Below are positions 1 to 13,258 of a stretch of DNA of 64,000 nt, one piece after another. Where the stretch lies: contig NC_057717.1 of assembly GCF_004010195.1 (NCBI RefSeq), positions 56,493,126 to 56,557,125 of the forward strand, read 5' to 3'. Source of the DNA: Chiloscyllium plagiosum (lineage: Eukaryota). Numbering within the stretch: position 1 is the first letter of the stretch; each line of letters opens with the position of its first letter. The notes beneath the pieces are model-generated. The model saw only the letters and a list, made by a program, of their open reading frames with translations. It was not told where the DNA came from and did no database searches. Position numbers and translations under genes: made by a program.

Positions 1-340
1 TATCCTCGTAAAACATATTTGCACCCTCTCCAAAGCGTTCACATGATTTTGGTAATGTGGCGACCAAAACTGTACACGGTATTCCAAATGCAGCTGAACA
101 AAGCCTTGTACAATTTTAACATGACTTGCCAGCTCTTATTCTCAAAACCCCGTCTGTTGAAGACACGCATGCCAAATGCCTTCTGGACCACTCTATCCAC
201 CTGTGCAGCAAACTTCAGGGTACAATAGATCTGAACTCCCAGACATCTCTGCTCATCAACTTTTCCCAAGTCTCTTTCGTTTAGTGTATAATTCGGTCTA
301 GATTTAGACTTTCCAAAATGCATCACCTCGCATTTGCCTG
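1..340 (-). mobile_element. CR1/HER1 LINE ORF2 C-terminal fragment
   Basis: ORF 39-326(-) 'MHFGKS...YTLN..DLG..QVDRVVQKAFGM..KLYK' is the typical CR1 post-RT region. Confidence 0.85.
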
Positions 341-2350
341 AAGGCTTAAGAATGAGGAGATATGTACTCCTCAGAGACTATTGCCAGAAAAGGTACTGGT
401 AACAGAAAGTCATGTGAAACAAAAAAAGTACTCAATTATGTAAACTGAGGCTCGAGAGTCCAGAGAACCATGGAGAATCTGTGTTAGAGTATTGGGCTAC
501 CTCTCAACTCCTATGAATGCAATTTGTCCTTGCAAATAATAAAGCTGATTCGCCGGTAGGTTTGATAGCTATTCAAGTTGAAAAGCCAGTGCCGATGCAG
601 GTAACTGAAGTGGCAACTAGATATCCAGAGGCAAGCACATTACGGAACATCACAGCTAAAAGGGTTGGAGAAGAATTGCTCAGTTATTTTAACTAGACAT
701 GGACTAAAAATAGAGTTCCAGTCAGGTCAAGGATCAATCTTCATATCCAAACTCTTCAAGGAGGCTATGGATAACTTGGGAATAATGCAATTTAAATCCA
801 GTGTGCACCATTCAGAATCTCATGGAGGGCGAAAGAGATGGAATAAAACACGAAATAACATGTTAAGGGCTTATGATCATGATTATCACAATGATTGGGA
901 AAAGGAAGTTTTGTTTGTCCTTTTTGCGATCAGAGATGAACCAAATAAAGCGACCAAATGCAGTCCATTTGAATGAATTTTGAGGCAGGAAGTAAAAGAA
1001 TATTAGAATTGATTAGGGAGAAATTAAACATGCAGAATTTGGAGATCACCCATTAGGTTTATTGTCAAATTTTAGAAAACAATTAAATAGAGCTGGAGAA
1101 TTTGCGAGGTAGCATTTAAAAAGTATCACAGCATACATTGAAACAGGAAGCGCATAAGAAATCAGAAATTCGCGATGTTGCATATTGGGATAAGACATTT
1201 CTGTTATTACAAGAACAGGTGATCCTTTAAAAGCAAAGTTAAGCGGACCTTATCAAATCGAGAGGGTATTGTGTGAAGTGAACAACTTGATAAAGACTCC
1301 AGACAGGATGAAATCCAACAGAGAGTGTCATGAGAATATGCTGTTCTTGATCGGAAATGAAAGCAAGAGGAGAAGGTATTAGTCATTACAGCATAGAAGG
1401 AAGAGCTAAGTTCACAGTTGGACAAAGCTCAAATAAAATTGGACAATAAGGACGTTGTCCAAATTTGTGACAAATTATTAAGTTATCTTCCACAAGGAAA
1501 TCGAAATGTCCTGAAAAAGTCATTGCTATCAAATGGGGAGATATGTGGAAATAAATTAGGAAGTACTAAGCTAAATGTGCATGATTTCAAGATAGGTGAT
1601 TCTGTTCCAATTAAGCAGCATTCTTATCAACATAACTCTCTAAAGTTGGCACAGCTTCAGCAGGAGATTGAGCACATGCTACAAGATGGCATAATCGATG
1701 TGATTTATCGTGAATGGAGCTCATCCATAGTCATGGTGCCAAAGCCAGATGGTACCCAAGGGTTATGAGTGGACTATCGCAAAGTCAACGCCGTTACAAA
1801 GATTGATGCATATCCAGTTACACGTTTGGAGGACTTTATCAAAATAGTGGGACATATGACTTACATTTTGCAGCTGAACTAGCTCAGAGGCGACTGGGCA
1901 AGTTCTTCTGTTAAAGAGTGGAAAGGCAATTTCTGCTTTTGTAAAGGTAAGTGAACAATATCAGTTCGAAGTCATGCTGTTTGGTGTGATAAAATTCTCC
2001 AGCCATTTTTCAGAGCCTGACTTATAAGGTCGTTGCCCGATTACCCAACTGTGTGGCGTATATTGAAGACCTGGTGATTTTTAGTCACTCATGGAAGGAA
2101 CATTTACACCATTTCTTGGACTTGTTGGATCGACATCGGGAAGCAGGCTCTGTGGTAAACCTAGCTAAAGTGAATTTGCAAAAGCCAATGTCACTTTCTT
2201 GGGCGTGTTATTAGACGTGGACAAATGCCCCCACGAGATGTGGCAATAAAAGTAATTGGGAAATTTCCCACACCGTCGAAGAGAAAAGCAATACTCTCGT
2301 TCCTGGGATTGATTGGATTTTACCGAGGAGTTTGTGCTGAACTTCAGCAG
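341..2350 (+). mobile_element. Gmr1-like Gypsy LTR retrotransposon pol relic (integrase then RT)
   Basis: Integrase core at 665-976 (QSGQGSIF, DWEKEVLFVLFAIR, SPFE) precedes RT at ~1418-2350 (PIKQH, WSSSIVMVPKPDG, VDYRKVN, LSFLGLIGFYR); many stops and frameshifts. Confidence 0.85.
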
Positions 2351-4230
2351 AATGGCTGCTGGACTCACCTATCTTGCTCTTTTGCAGCTCACAGGCCAAT
2401 CACATTATCGCCAAGCTTCAAACTGTCAGAACGCTCCAATCTTGTAGAGGCATCTAGCGCTGACACTGCTCAACTCTGGGGCTGTTTTCCAACTTTCGGC
2501 CCAATCAACTCACCTGCTGGTTTGCAGTTCTTTGGTCCATTTCCACGCCGCTTTTGAAACTCACCACTCTCTTGAAGCTTTCCACTCTCATTGTTTTCCA
2601 GCTCACACACTGTTCGCCTGAAACACTGCTTTTGAGCTTCTCAGGCATCTCCCTCGTGTGGTAGTTTTGACCTCTCAAAAAGTTTACGGCTCACCCCGTT
2701 TTTCAGCTGTCACATCATGCTATTCTTCAACTCTCAGATGTATTTTAGGTCGGACAATTATCGATCTCTGAGATTCCTACCCCAATCCTGCATGTACGCA
2801 TGCTGTTTTCGGGATATTACCACTCTCATTGTGTTTTCCAGAACTCAGACCATCTCCCACCTCGGGCTATAGAACAGAATACCTCCCTTTGAACAGTTGC
2901 ACTGTTTCAAGCTGTCGTCGCAGTCCTGAGTCCCTCTGGTTATCAGGTGTTAAATCCCTCCCGCATCACAGTCTATCACAGTTCTTGGACCAATTTCCTC
3001 ACACGTACTGCTGGTTTCCAGCACTGGGGACTGTTTGCACTCTGTGTTTTGGATTAGAGACGCTTGAGGTCTGTAAAATTGGATATTAACAGTATTATTG
3101 GGAGATGGCACCGTTTTAAAGAGGTATCAAGAGTAAAGTTGAGTTTGTGTTTTAACAATTCAAATATGGCAGAAAAACTCCATGTTTCACCCCAACCCAG
3201 TTTGGATGTGGAGCTGCATAACTAAGCTAGATCTGAAGAAGCGACACTGAAACTAAAATGTTACCTCTTTTTCCTTTGCATAATTGCTGCCATTTTCAGC
3301 TGATTTGCTTTGTGTTTCAGATTTCGAGCAACTACAATTCTTTAATCGTTCAATGAGCACATTTGGGTTGACATGAATTCATCTAAGGACTCCAGAGCTT
3401 ATATCCATATTCTGGAAATCAGCTCGAAATGCTATCATTACGATGCATCAGCAGCACTTATGATAATAGCTTTCATTAAACAGGATTCAAACCCTGGCCT
3501 CTGTGATAAAAACGTCGAACCCAAGCCGCTAAGCCACTGCGGGGTTCGACCTGCCTTTCTCGATGAGCATTTAGTTCTCTGTCGATTAAAAATCTGTCGA
3601 CTGCATCCTTGTATGTATCTAATGATCCAGCCTCGACAGTCCTCTCCGGGAAGGAAAATGTCAGATTCACTAATAGAATTAATTCGCCCTCAACTCTCTA
3701 TTTGATGTGAAACCCTTATTATAAGACTCTGCCCTCTGGTTGAAGACTGTAATAAAAGGGGAAGAACAGTTTTGCACATCCAAACTATTAAAGCCTTTTT
3801 GGGAATCTTGTGTGTTTCAGCAAATAGCGGGGTTAATTTCGCAAACGTTCGATAAACATTTCTTCCTCAAATGGGAATCAAGCTCAATCCTAACTGTCAA
3901 AACATCACCACGACCACCACGAAAAACAGAGGTTTCGATTGCATTGTTTTCAAATGACATGACAGCAACTTTTGTTTTAGTCATCTGAAATTGAGCTTAT
4001 TCTTGATAAACGCATTGGGACAATTCATTTAATATTCTATGCAATGCACAAATATCATTGTCTTTTTGTGAGAGAAGTAGAAAGAGACAAAATATCTTGC
4101 AGAAAGTCCTCTTCCGAATATTTTCATTCTGATGACTGAATGGAATGTGAAGGAAGGTTGAGTTGGTCCAAGTGTGTTCATGCACCCTCATGAAAGAGAA
4201 TCTCATTAGATTGCCCGAGTTCACAGGAGA

Positions 4231-5136
4231 AAGTGAGGATTGCAGATGCTGGAGTACCAGAGCTGAAAAATGTGGTGCTGGAAAAACACAGCAGGCCAGG
4301 CAGCCTCCGAGGAGCAGGAGAATTCACGTTTCGGGAATAAGCCCTTCTTCAGGAATGAGGCTTGTGTGCCAAACGGGCTGAGAGAAAAGGTAAGGGTGAG
4401 GGAATTTGCGGGAGGGGCGCTGGGAATACGGTAGGTGGAAAGAGGTGAGGGTGAGGATGATAGGCCGGAGAGGTGTTGGGGCGGAGATGTCGGGAAGAAG
4501 ATTGCACGTCAGGAAGGCGGAGTACCAGAGCTGAAAAATGTGGTGCTGAATCCTCAAGTAGGCGGCCTGTCTCCCCAATGTAGAGGCGACCTATTTGCCT
4601 ACTTGTGGAACGTTTCAGGGAACTCCTCTGGGACACTGGCACCAACCAACCTAACCGCCCCGTGGCTGAACACTTTAACTCCCCCTCCCACTCCGCCAAT
4701 GACATGCAGGTCCTTGGCCTCCTCCAACACCAGACCCTGGCCACCCGACGCCTGGAGGAAGAGCGCCTCATCTTCCATCTAGGAACCCTCGAACCACACG
4801 GGATGAAAGTAGATTTCTCCAGCTTCCTTATTTCCCCTCCCCCCACCTTATCTCAGTCCCAACCCTCGGATTCAGCACCGCCCTCTTGACCTGCAATCTT
4901 CTTCCCGGCATCTCCACCCCCACCCCCTTCTCCGGCCTATCACCCTCACCCTCACATCCTTCCACCTATCGTATTCCCAGCGCCCCTCCCCCAAATTCCC
5001 TCCCCCTATTTTTATCTCAGCCCGCTTGGCACACCAGCCTCATTCCAGAAGAAGGGCTTAAACCTGAAACGTCAATTCTCCTGCTCCTCGGAGGCTGCCT
5101 GGCCAGCTGTGTTTTTCCAGCACCACTTTTTTCAAA
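4231..5136 (+). mobile_element. Penelope-like element (GIY-YIG C-terminus) with inverted terminal segment and 16-bp TSD
   Basis: ERFRE..PVAEHFNSPSHS..LEEERLIFHLGTLEPHG; 4231-4520 is inverted relative to ~4880-5130; CCGAGTTCACAGGAGA at 4215-4230 and 5137-5152; empty site at ~59100. Confidence 0.9.
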
Positions 5137-7049
5137 CCGAGTTCACAGGAGAGTCGAATCCCCAGAAAACAACGATTTCACCAAATTGGATCACTATTAT
5201 CCCATTCTATGATTTAAATTTCCTGACTCTTCATGATTCACCACAAATAGAACAATTTAGAATGTTGGGTTCGATTTTGTCCTCCCGATTTTCGACATTT
5301 ATTTCTGCAGGGAACTGAATCATGTCAAAAACCGTCAGGGTAGAATCGTTGTGATGTGAACCCGCGCTGAGAGACGCATCATCTTCACCTCTCGATACAG
5401 TTTGCAAGCTCCATTCAGAATGCAACGTCCTTCGGGCATGACACAGCCAGGCTACAGAAAAGCAAGGAAGCACACAGCCACTTCCGTGTCCGTGTTATGC
5501 CCAAAATAGTTCAGCAGTTCACCATAGTTGTTTACAGAATTCCAAAGCACAAGACGTGCCCTTTGTCCCTCCAGCCAAGAATAAACACCTGCCTATTTAT
5601 TAAGTAAATCCAAATGAACTGTGGGTGCTGGAAACCAACAGAAAGAAGAAATATCTCGAAAAACCCAGCAGGTAAGTTCAGCCAAAGTGTCACTGGGCCC
5701 ATAAGGCCAGCCTTATCTTTTCTACCAGATCTGCCAATCAGATCTTCAAGCACCTGGCCTTCCACTTTGTCTAACGTGACATCACAATCTCACATTGAAA
5801 TATTTCTACAAACTTGTGAAGGTTTTGCCCTCGAAAATACAGAGATGGAGAGAGATTCAGATTCCCATCACGTTAAGTGAAAACAACTCCCGCCTCTTCT
5901 CTGTCCCAAAGGGACAGAGCCATACTACAACTGTCCTGATCCAACGGTAGTCAGTATGGTGAATTCCCAATAGACCTGTGAATAAATCTCCTCACCCATT
6001 CAGCCATGATGGGATATTCTGTAATCAAATTGACTTCGATATCGAACACAAACTAAATTACAGTCATGAGAATAACAATAGGAAACAAGTCACAGACTGA
6101 CACAAGTTCGGTGGAGCTCGTTTTCAGATTTGCAGTCGCCACCGTTTGCACAAAATGAAGGTATTTTGCTGTTGAAATGTTTTAGGAAGGTGTGGTGAAT
6201 TTATTTTTGACTGCCTCGCTCGGTGATTATCTCAATGCCACTCTGAGGATTCGTGAGTGGGACATAATCTCCTTGTGTTTTTTTGAGTCTGTTTTCGGTA
6301 TCTTGAGCGGCTTGGTCCGAGTTGGGAGGATCTTCTGTCTCACGGATTAGCGGAAAGACAGTGACTGAAGCTGTAGTCTCTGCTGACTTAGGCAGTGGGA
6401 CATTGGAGTGTGTGAAATTGGAATTATGACGCAATTTTCATGTGCTCTGATCTCCCTCACTGTGCAACTGTGGGACAGTGAACCATTGAAAGTTCTGAGA
6501 AAGTCAACCACATCACAGATTTATATGGCATACTTGTCTCAGCAAACAGTGAGAGAACTGACATAATACTTCTTAATCATATCCCCAAAACATTATCGCA
6601 GCTACTTAGCAGAAATTCCTCACTAGCTCTTATTTTCATATCATCAATGCTTTCCACTCTGCATCTTCTAATATTGAATCCTAAAAGTACAAACTTGGCT
6701 TTGAACTAAGTGCCTTTGTGAAGCTTTAATTCAAACCCGTTTCTGAATTGAAGGAAGTAAGGGGAGAGGAGGACGATATTTGGCTCCACAAGGCCATACC
6801 GCCATTTAACATGATCACAGATGATTATCTATCATAAAGCAACCTTGCTGCACTATCTGCATATCCCTTAATATCCATAAATGTATCAATGTCTGACTTG
6901 AAACTAGCTATCTCACGTAGAGCGACCTCAAGTATTGCCATCCTCCGAGTGAGGAAATTCCTCCTTGCATCAGTTTTTAGAAGATGGCAGTGTACTGCAC
7001 CTTTCAGAGAATTGAAATAAACCGAATTACCTGATAGCACCAATGTTCT

Positions 7050-7690
7050 ATAAAGACTTATAATACAATATTTTGGTCCAGCAGCGAGGGTAGCTGGTTG
7101 CCTGGAGACAAAACCAGACTCGAACTAGACCAACAAGCTTAAACTTTACCTCCTCCCACAAAAAATCTACAATTCAGTTTCAATTTAGTATATTGGCAAC
7201 CTTAAAGATCAATGACGCAATCCAATGCTTTGGGGGTATAAGACTGGGGAGATTTGAACCATTGAGAGGAGAACTGCCAAACCATCAGCATGTAGAGACT
7301 GCCTGAACAAAATAGTTCTCTGAACAGTATCTTTATCGATAAGTAACTTGTAAAACAGAATCCGCAAGTAGACAGGGAGGCAGAGAAGAAGCGAAAGCTG
7401 CTTAGTTTGAGGTAAGAGGTTTGTTTCATAAATCTTAATTGGTGGTTTTTACCGGACTAGTAATATAGAAGGGGAAGGTTCAAGATAGGTCAGAGGAAGG
7501 AGTTGTTAATATTTGTTCGCTAATTATTCGCTGTAATACATTAAGAAATAAAGTTGTCATTTTTTACTTCAAATAGTTGCTGGTGTGAATTGACAGGAGG
7601 CCTTACCCCATTCTGTACGTTTGGTGACTGTTCGCTGAAACTTGAACGGTTTGGGGGATTTATTGTGTGATTTGAACAGTTTGGGTTTTG
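7050..7690 (+). mobile_element. LTR-like segment shared by both duplication arms (mirror ~56490-57220)
   Basis: CCAAT/TATAA (~7222-7241) and AATAAA (~7547); in the right arm it abuts the Gmr1-like gag. Confidence 0.55.
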
Positions 7691-7999
7691 GATTCGTGAT
7701 TTGAAATGGGATAGACAAATTTGAATAAACTTGTGGTACGAAAATTTCCAGCAGATTTAAACACTTTAAGGCTAGTATCCTAGATCTTTAACTAAAATGT
7801 AAGCGAGACAATTATTTAATTTCCTTGAATTCTGATTGATTAAATTAAAAGTGACAAACATAGCTCTTAATATTGATAATCAGTTCTGCAATTTGAAGAC
7901 GATTCAAAGCACGTTTTCCCTGTTTTTGGACAGTGCTCTAAGTGAGATCTTTGTTTGTTTTCAAATGTTCTTCGCAATTTTTTAAAGTCTTTGTAGCAA

Positions 8000-9200
8000 G
8001 GAGCTATAAGATACAGAGACAGAAATAGATAATTTAGCCCACTGAGTTGCTCCACCATTCAGTCACAGCGAATATGTTTCTCAAACACATTCCCTGTCTT
8101 TTCCCCACAACCCTTGATCCCCTTACTAATCAAGATCCTACCTATCCCTATCTCAAATACACTTAGTCTCCCACCTATAATTTTACCTCCACCTTCAACT
8201 ATCCATCACATTCTCAGCTACCCCCCCCCCCCCCCCCCACCTCAGCCCCACCACCTTCCATTTATCTCTCAGACCTCTTGGCCCACAAGCCTGATGAAGG
8301 GCATCTAATCGAAACGTCAATTCTCTTGCTCCTTAGATGCTGTCTGACCAGCTGTACTTTTCCAGTGCAATACTCTTCGAGGCTAATCTCCAGCATCTGC
8401 AGCCCTCACTTGCTTACTGTTCTTGACTTGGCCTACACAGCCTTCTGCAGCCATTTGTTCCACATATTCAACAAGCTCTCGCTGAAGATATTGTTGCTCA
8501 TTTCAGCCATAAATGCTCGTTTTTTGAACCTGGTGCTGTGCCCTCAGGTCCAGCTCACTCTTGCTAGTGGAAACATCTTATCCATGCTCTTTCCATGCAG
8601 TCATCTGTCAGTTTATAATTTTCAATCAACTCCATCTGTCATCATCCTAAGCTCTGTCTCTATATGTTATCGTTATGAGTCATCAAACTGAAAAATAACA
8701 CTTTAATCCTGGAATCAGTGCTGGGAACGTTTAAAGTATGATAGTGAATGTGCTGTTGTACAATCTGCAAAACCACGTAGAAAGGCAAGTCGTAAAACAA
8801 AGATAAAACAGTTTATGCAGAGATGTTCATGGTAAGTCATCAAAATGTTGGCAAATGCAGTGTAACGTGGGACACTGTGAAATTGGTAGTTTTGGAAGGG
8901 AGAAAAATAATTATTTAAATGGAGAAAACCTGGAGAAAGGGTTTGGAAAATGACAGTAAGGAAAACTCACCGGAAATGTACACAGTGATGGTGAGACAAC
9001 ATCTATAACATTGCGGGTAGTTTTGGTTCCTGAATTTAAGGAAAAATATCATGTAATTTGAGGCAGTTCAGAGAAGGTGTGGAGCAATTGCCTTTTGAGT
9101 AAAGAATAAAAAGTTGTGAGTCTGTTCAAAGGATATAAGAGGAGAGGGAGGTGATACACTGAAACGTGAAGGATTCTTAAGGCGCCTGACAGGGCCATAC
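8000..9200. mobile_element. Degenerate CR1 fragments with a nested Penelope 3' fragment (~8165-8415); mirrored at ~48400-49690
   Basis: CR1 3' tail motifs; Penelope terminus cctgatgaaggg...gaaacgtc...cagcatctgcag. Confidence 0.65.
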
Positions 9201-11310
9201 AGTCATAGAGTCACAGGTATGTACAACAGAGAGACAGACCTTTCGTGAAACTCATTCATGATTGCCAGATATCCGAATCTTGTCAAAGTTGCTCGCACTT
9301 GGCGCATATATACCTATAGTTCAAATACACGCACCCTGGCAACGTCCTTATAATTTGTTTCCGAACTCGTTTCAGTGCCCAACATCCTTCTAAAATCAGG
9401 GAGACCAGAAATGCATACCGTATTACAGAAGTAGCATATCCAATGGCCTGAACAGCGACAATATGAACTCCCAAATCCAATACTCAATATTCTGACCAAT
9501 AAAGGAAAACATTCCAAACGCGTTCACTACCCGATCTATCTGTGACTTTGCTTGCAATGAACTGTAAAATTGCACTTCAAAGTCTCGTTGTTCAGCAACA
9601 CGCCCTGGGCCATTACCATTCGTTACTTAAGCCCAACCCTACTTTGCTTTTTCAAAATGCTGCACCTCACATTTATCTAAATTAAATTGCATTTGCCAGC
9701 CCTCGACCCATTGGCCCATCAGTTCCAGATCCCGTTTTTCACTGAGGTAACCTCCATCCAACTGAGATGCCACATTCAAAATTACGAAGAATACCTCGTA
9801 TGATCGTATGAAAATCATTTATTTAAATGATGGTAAGGAGTTAACACAGCATCGATCTTTTTGGCACATCACTGTTCACAGTCCTGCATTCTGAAAAGCA
9901 TACCTCCAGCACCACCCTCTGTCTTCTCCTTTCGAGCTAGTTTTGTATCCAAATGGCTAGTTATCGCTGCATTTTGTGTGATCTAGTCCACCATGAGCAA
10001 CATTGAATTCTACATAGATCACGTCCACTATTCTGCTCACATCAATTCTCTTCGTTACTTCTTAAAGAAAAACAATCAACTTAGTGAGACATGATCTCCA
10101 ACGGGCAAAGCCATGTTGACTACCCTCAACAGTTCTTGCGGATCCAAATATGTGTAACTTCTTTCCCTCAGGATTCCCCCCAACAACTTGCTGACCACCA
10201 ACAGCAGTCTCACCGGTATGCGGTTCCCTCACTTTACTGTACCACCTTTCTGGAATAGTGGAACTGTTTTAGCAGGCCTCCAACCTCACCTATGGCTATT
10301 AATGTTATAAATATCACAGCAAGGGACCTAGCCATCACTTCTCTTGCATCCCACGGAGTTCAACGATTCACCTGATCCAGTCTTGGTGATTAGCACACCT
10401 TTATGCGTTTTGAGACATCTCGCAACTCCATCTTTGTAATGTCGACATTTGTTTCAATAGGTCACTCTCTAATTCACCACATTCAATGTCATCTATTTCT
10501 TTCTCCACATTAATCAGTGATGCAAAAAATTCGTTTAGTATATCTCTCATCTCCTGAGGTTCAACACATAGGTTGCCATTTTGATTTATGAGGCCCTATT
10601 TTCTCTCCGTCGTTATTCTTTTGTTCTAAACGTATTGTAAAATCCATTTCGATTTTGATTTACCATATTGTCAAAGGTATCGCATGTCCATTTTAACCGT
10701 TCAGATTTCCCTCTTAAGTGTACACTTACTGCCTTTATACTTTTCTAAGGATTTTCTCGATCTCTTGTCTATACCCGACATAATCATCCTTCTTCTTGTT
10801 GACAAATGTTCAATTTATCATGTCATTCAGCATTCTCCACGCATACTAAACTTGCCATCCAACTTATTAGGGATATTCTGTCTGTGGACTCTGGTTATCT
10901 CATTTTTTGAAGTCTTCTCATTTTCCAGCTGTCGCTTTCTGTGAAATTCACCGCCAATCAACTTTAGAACTTTCTTTCCTAATATGTTGAAAATTGGCTT
11001 TCCTCTCAGTTAGAATTTTAAATTTTAGAAGTGGTCTATCCTTTTCCATCAATGTATTAAAACTAATATAATTACGGTCGGTGACACTGAAATGTTCCCA
11101 CACTGCCACCACGCTCATTGCCCTGACTTATTTCCTAAGAGTAGGTCAAGTGTTGCACCTTCTCTGGCAGGTACATCCACAGACACTTTTCAGAAATTTT
11201 GATTTTACACATGTAACAAATTAATCTCTATCTAAACCTCTAACACTATGGCATGCGCAGTCTATGCTTGGAAATTTAAAATCCCCTACCAGAACCACTC
11301 CATGAATGCT
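9200..11310 (-). mobile_element. CR1/HER1 LINE ORF2 relic (mirror ~46270-48400)
   Basis: RT-region homology (atgatctccaacgggcaaagccatgttgact etc.) and (catagagt) tail at ~9200. Confidence 0.8.
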
Positions 11311-12920
11311 GTCAGATGTTTCCCCTCATGTGAGGATTTAGGTCTCGAGGGCACAATTTCAAAATTAAGTGGCGTTAATGTAAGACTGAGATGAGAAGGA
11401 ATATCTCCACTCAGGTTCCTGTGAGTCTTTGCAATTCCTCGGCACAGAGAACAGTGGCTGCCTTGTGTTTAGACAGTTTAAGTAATTGGACAAACGTCTG
11501 TCAGATTGAGTACAATGTTAATAAATGAGAATTCACTTATGTCGTTAGGAGTCACAGTAAAAGGATCTACTACTTGAATGGTACGAAATTACAGCACGTT
11601 CGTCTGCAGAGGGACCTGAGCTCCCTTGTGCATGAAACACCGAAACTGACGCAACAGGTAATTAGGAAGTCAAATTGAACTTTTCCTTGGCAAATGGAAC
11701 ATTTTCCTTCATTGCCAGAAGCATTGAGTTTGAATGCAGACAGTTTATGTTGCAGTTGTAAAGGGTGCTGAAGTACTGCGTGCAGTTTTGGTATGCTTAT
11801 TTGGGAAAGGATGTCCTGGCACAAGAAATTGTGCACATGAGTTTCACGAGGTTGATTCCGTAGCTGAGGGGCTTTACTTGAAAAGAGAAATATATTACAA
11901 TGCAATTACATTCATTGCAATTTAGAAAAAAAAAGAGGGAGGATCGTTCGAAGCATACAAAATTATGAAGGGGACTTTAGGATAAAATTAGAGAGAATTT
12001 TCCGACGAGTCGGTGAAACCAGGACAAGAGGGCACAGCCTCAAGTTAGGGGGAACAGAATTGAGAAGGAATGCCTTCACCAAGCGGTTTGTGAATCAGAT
12101 TCCATGCCCAGTTGAAGTAGTTGAGCTTTCCTCAGTAAATGTTTTAATGATATTGTGGATGACCGTCAACATAACCCTTAATTCCATTAGTAAATGGAAT
12201 TAAGGGTTATGTTGACACAGCAGGTTAGTGGAGCTAAAGTAATGGAAAGATTACATGTATACGAGGTAATAACGAAGGCAAATTGAATGTTGGCATTTAT
12301 TGCTAAATGAATAGAGTATAAATTTCAGAATGGTTTGTTAGAACTGTGCACGATGTTTTGTGAGACCGAACCCGAAACATTGCGTTCTGTATCTATACCC
12401 TTACTTGAGGAGGATACAAGTACATTGGACGAAGTTCAGTGAAGATGCACAGGAGACTGATTTGAAAGAAAATTGCCTTAATGAGAAAGACTGAGCTGCT
12501 TCGGCCTACATAACCGTGACGTTTCGTGGAATAAGTGGTTATCTCATAGATGGTTCATTATATTAACACGAATTTACAGAAAAGATGTTGAGAATATTTT
12601 ACAAAATAGAAGCAGTCTGAAATAGGAGTTTTCACCTCCGGACAAAACTGAACAAATTTAACGCAGATTTGAGGATAAATTCCTTCTATCAAAGGCAATG
12701 AGTCTCTGGAATTCACCACCAAAGAGTCTGGTGATTGCATAAATTTACGGAAAAGGTAGACAGATCTTTAATGAGAAAACGACACAAGTACTATAGAGAG
12801 TGGGAAGACACGTGGAGTTCAGGGCGAGTTGAGACTAGCCGAGAATGTAATGCACGGCCGAGCAGGATTGAGGGGCTGAATGGCTTCAATTTGTTCGCAG
12901 ATCCTATATTCTGTGTTCTA
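11310..12920 (+). mobile_element. Stacked old CR1 3' fragments (mirror ~44690-46270)
   Basis: Repeated degenerate CR1 C-terminal and 3' UTR motifs (cagagggacctgag..cttgtgcatgaaacac; ggcacagcctcaag). Confidence 0.7.
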
Positions 12921-13258
12921 ATCCATTCAGGAGCTTCACATTTTTCTGATAGTATTGTACCTGTAAATAAGCATGATATTCCAGATGAGACTCAACGAGG
13001 GACTTCCACATATTGAAAATAAAATGCTTGCTCTTATTCTCTGTGCCTTATACCAATTAACCAAGAATGTATATTGATTTATTAATCAGTCTCTCAAACT
13101 ATTCTGAATGGCATTTACCAACGATCTTCTTCATAAGCAATCGTTCAAACATGTCTGTATTTGTGTCAAATTTCGTCAATTTATTTTTAACCTTTCATCA
13201 CTGCTGTTTTTATTTGAGATTGCGCCACACCAAATAGATAGATATTTCCGTTGACACG

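Noticed and set aside
3373-3705. ORF MNSSKDSRAY... repeated at 59743 as a conserved gene
   Set aside because: Similarity follows DNA identity, most differences are nonsynonymous, the ORF lengths differ, and it runs into a degenerate CR1 tail
6458-8987. CACTGTG/CACAGTG heptamers as V(D)J recombination signals (also ~23734, 27616, 30310, 38993)
   Set aside because: No nonamer at 12 or 23 bp spacing, no V/J segments, and several lie within TEs
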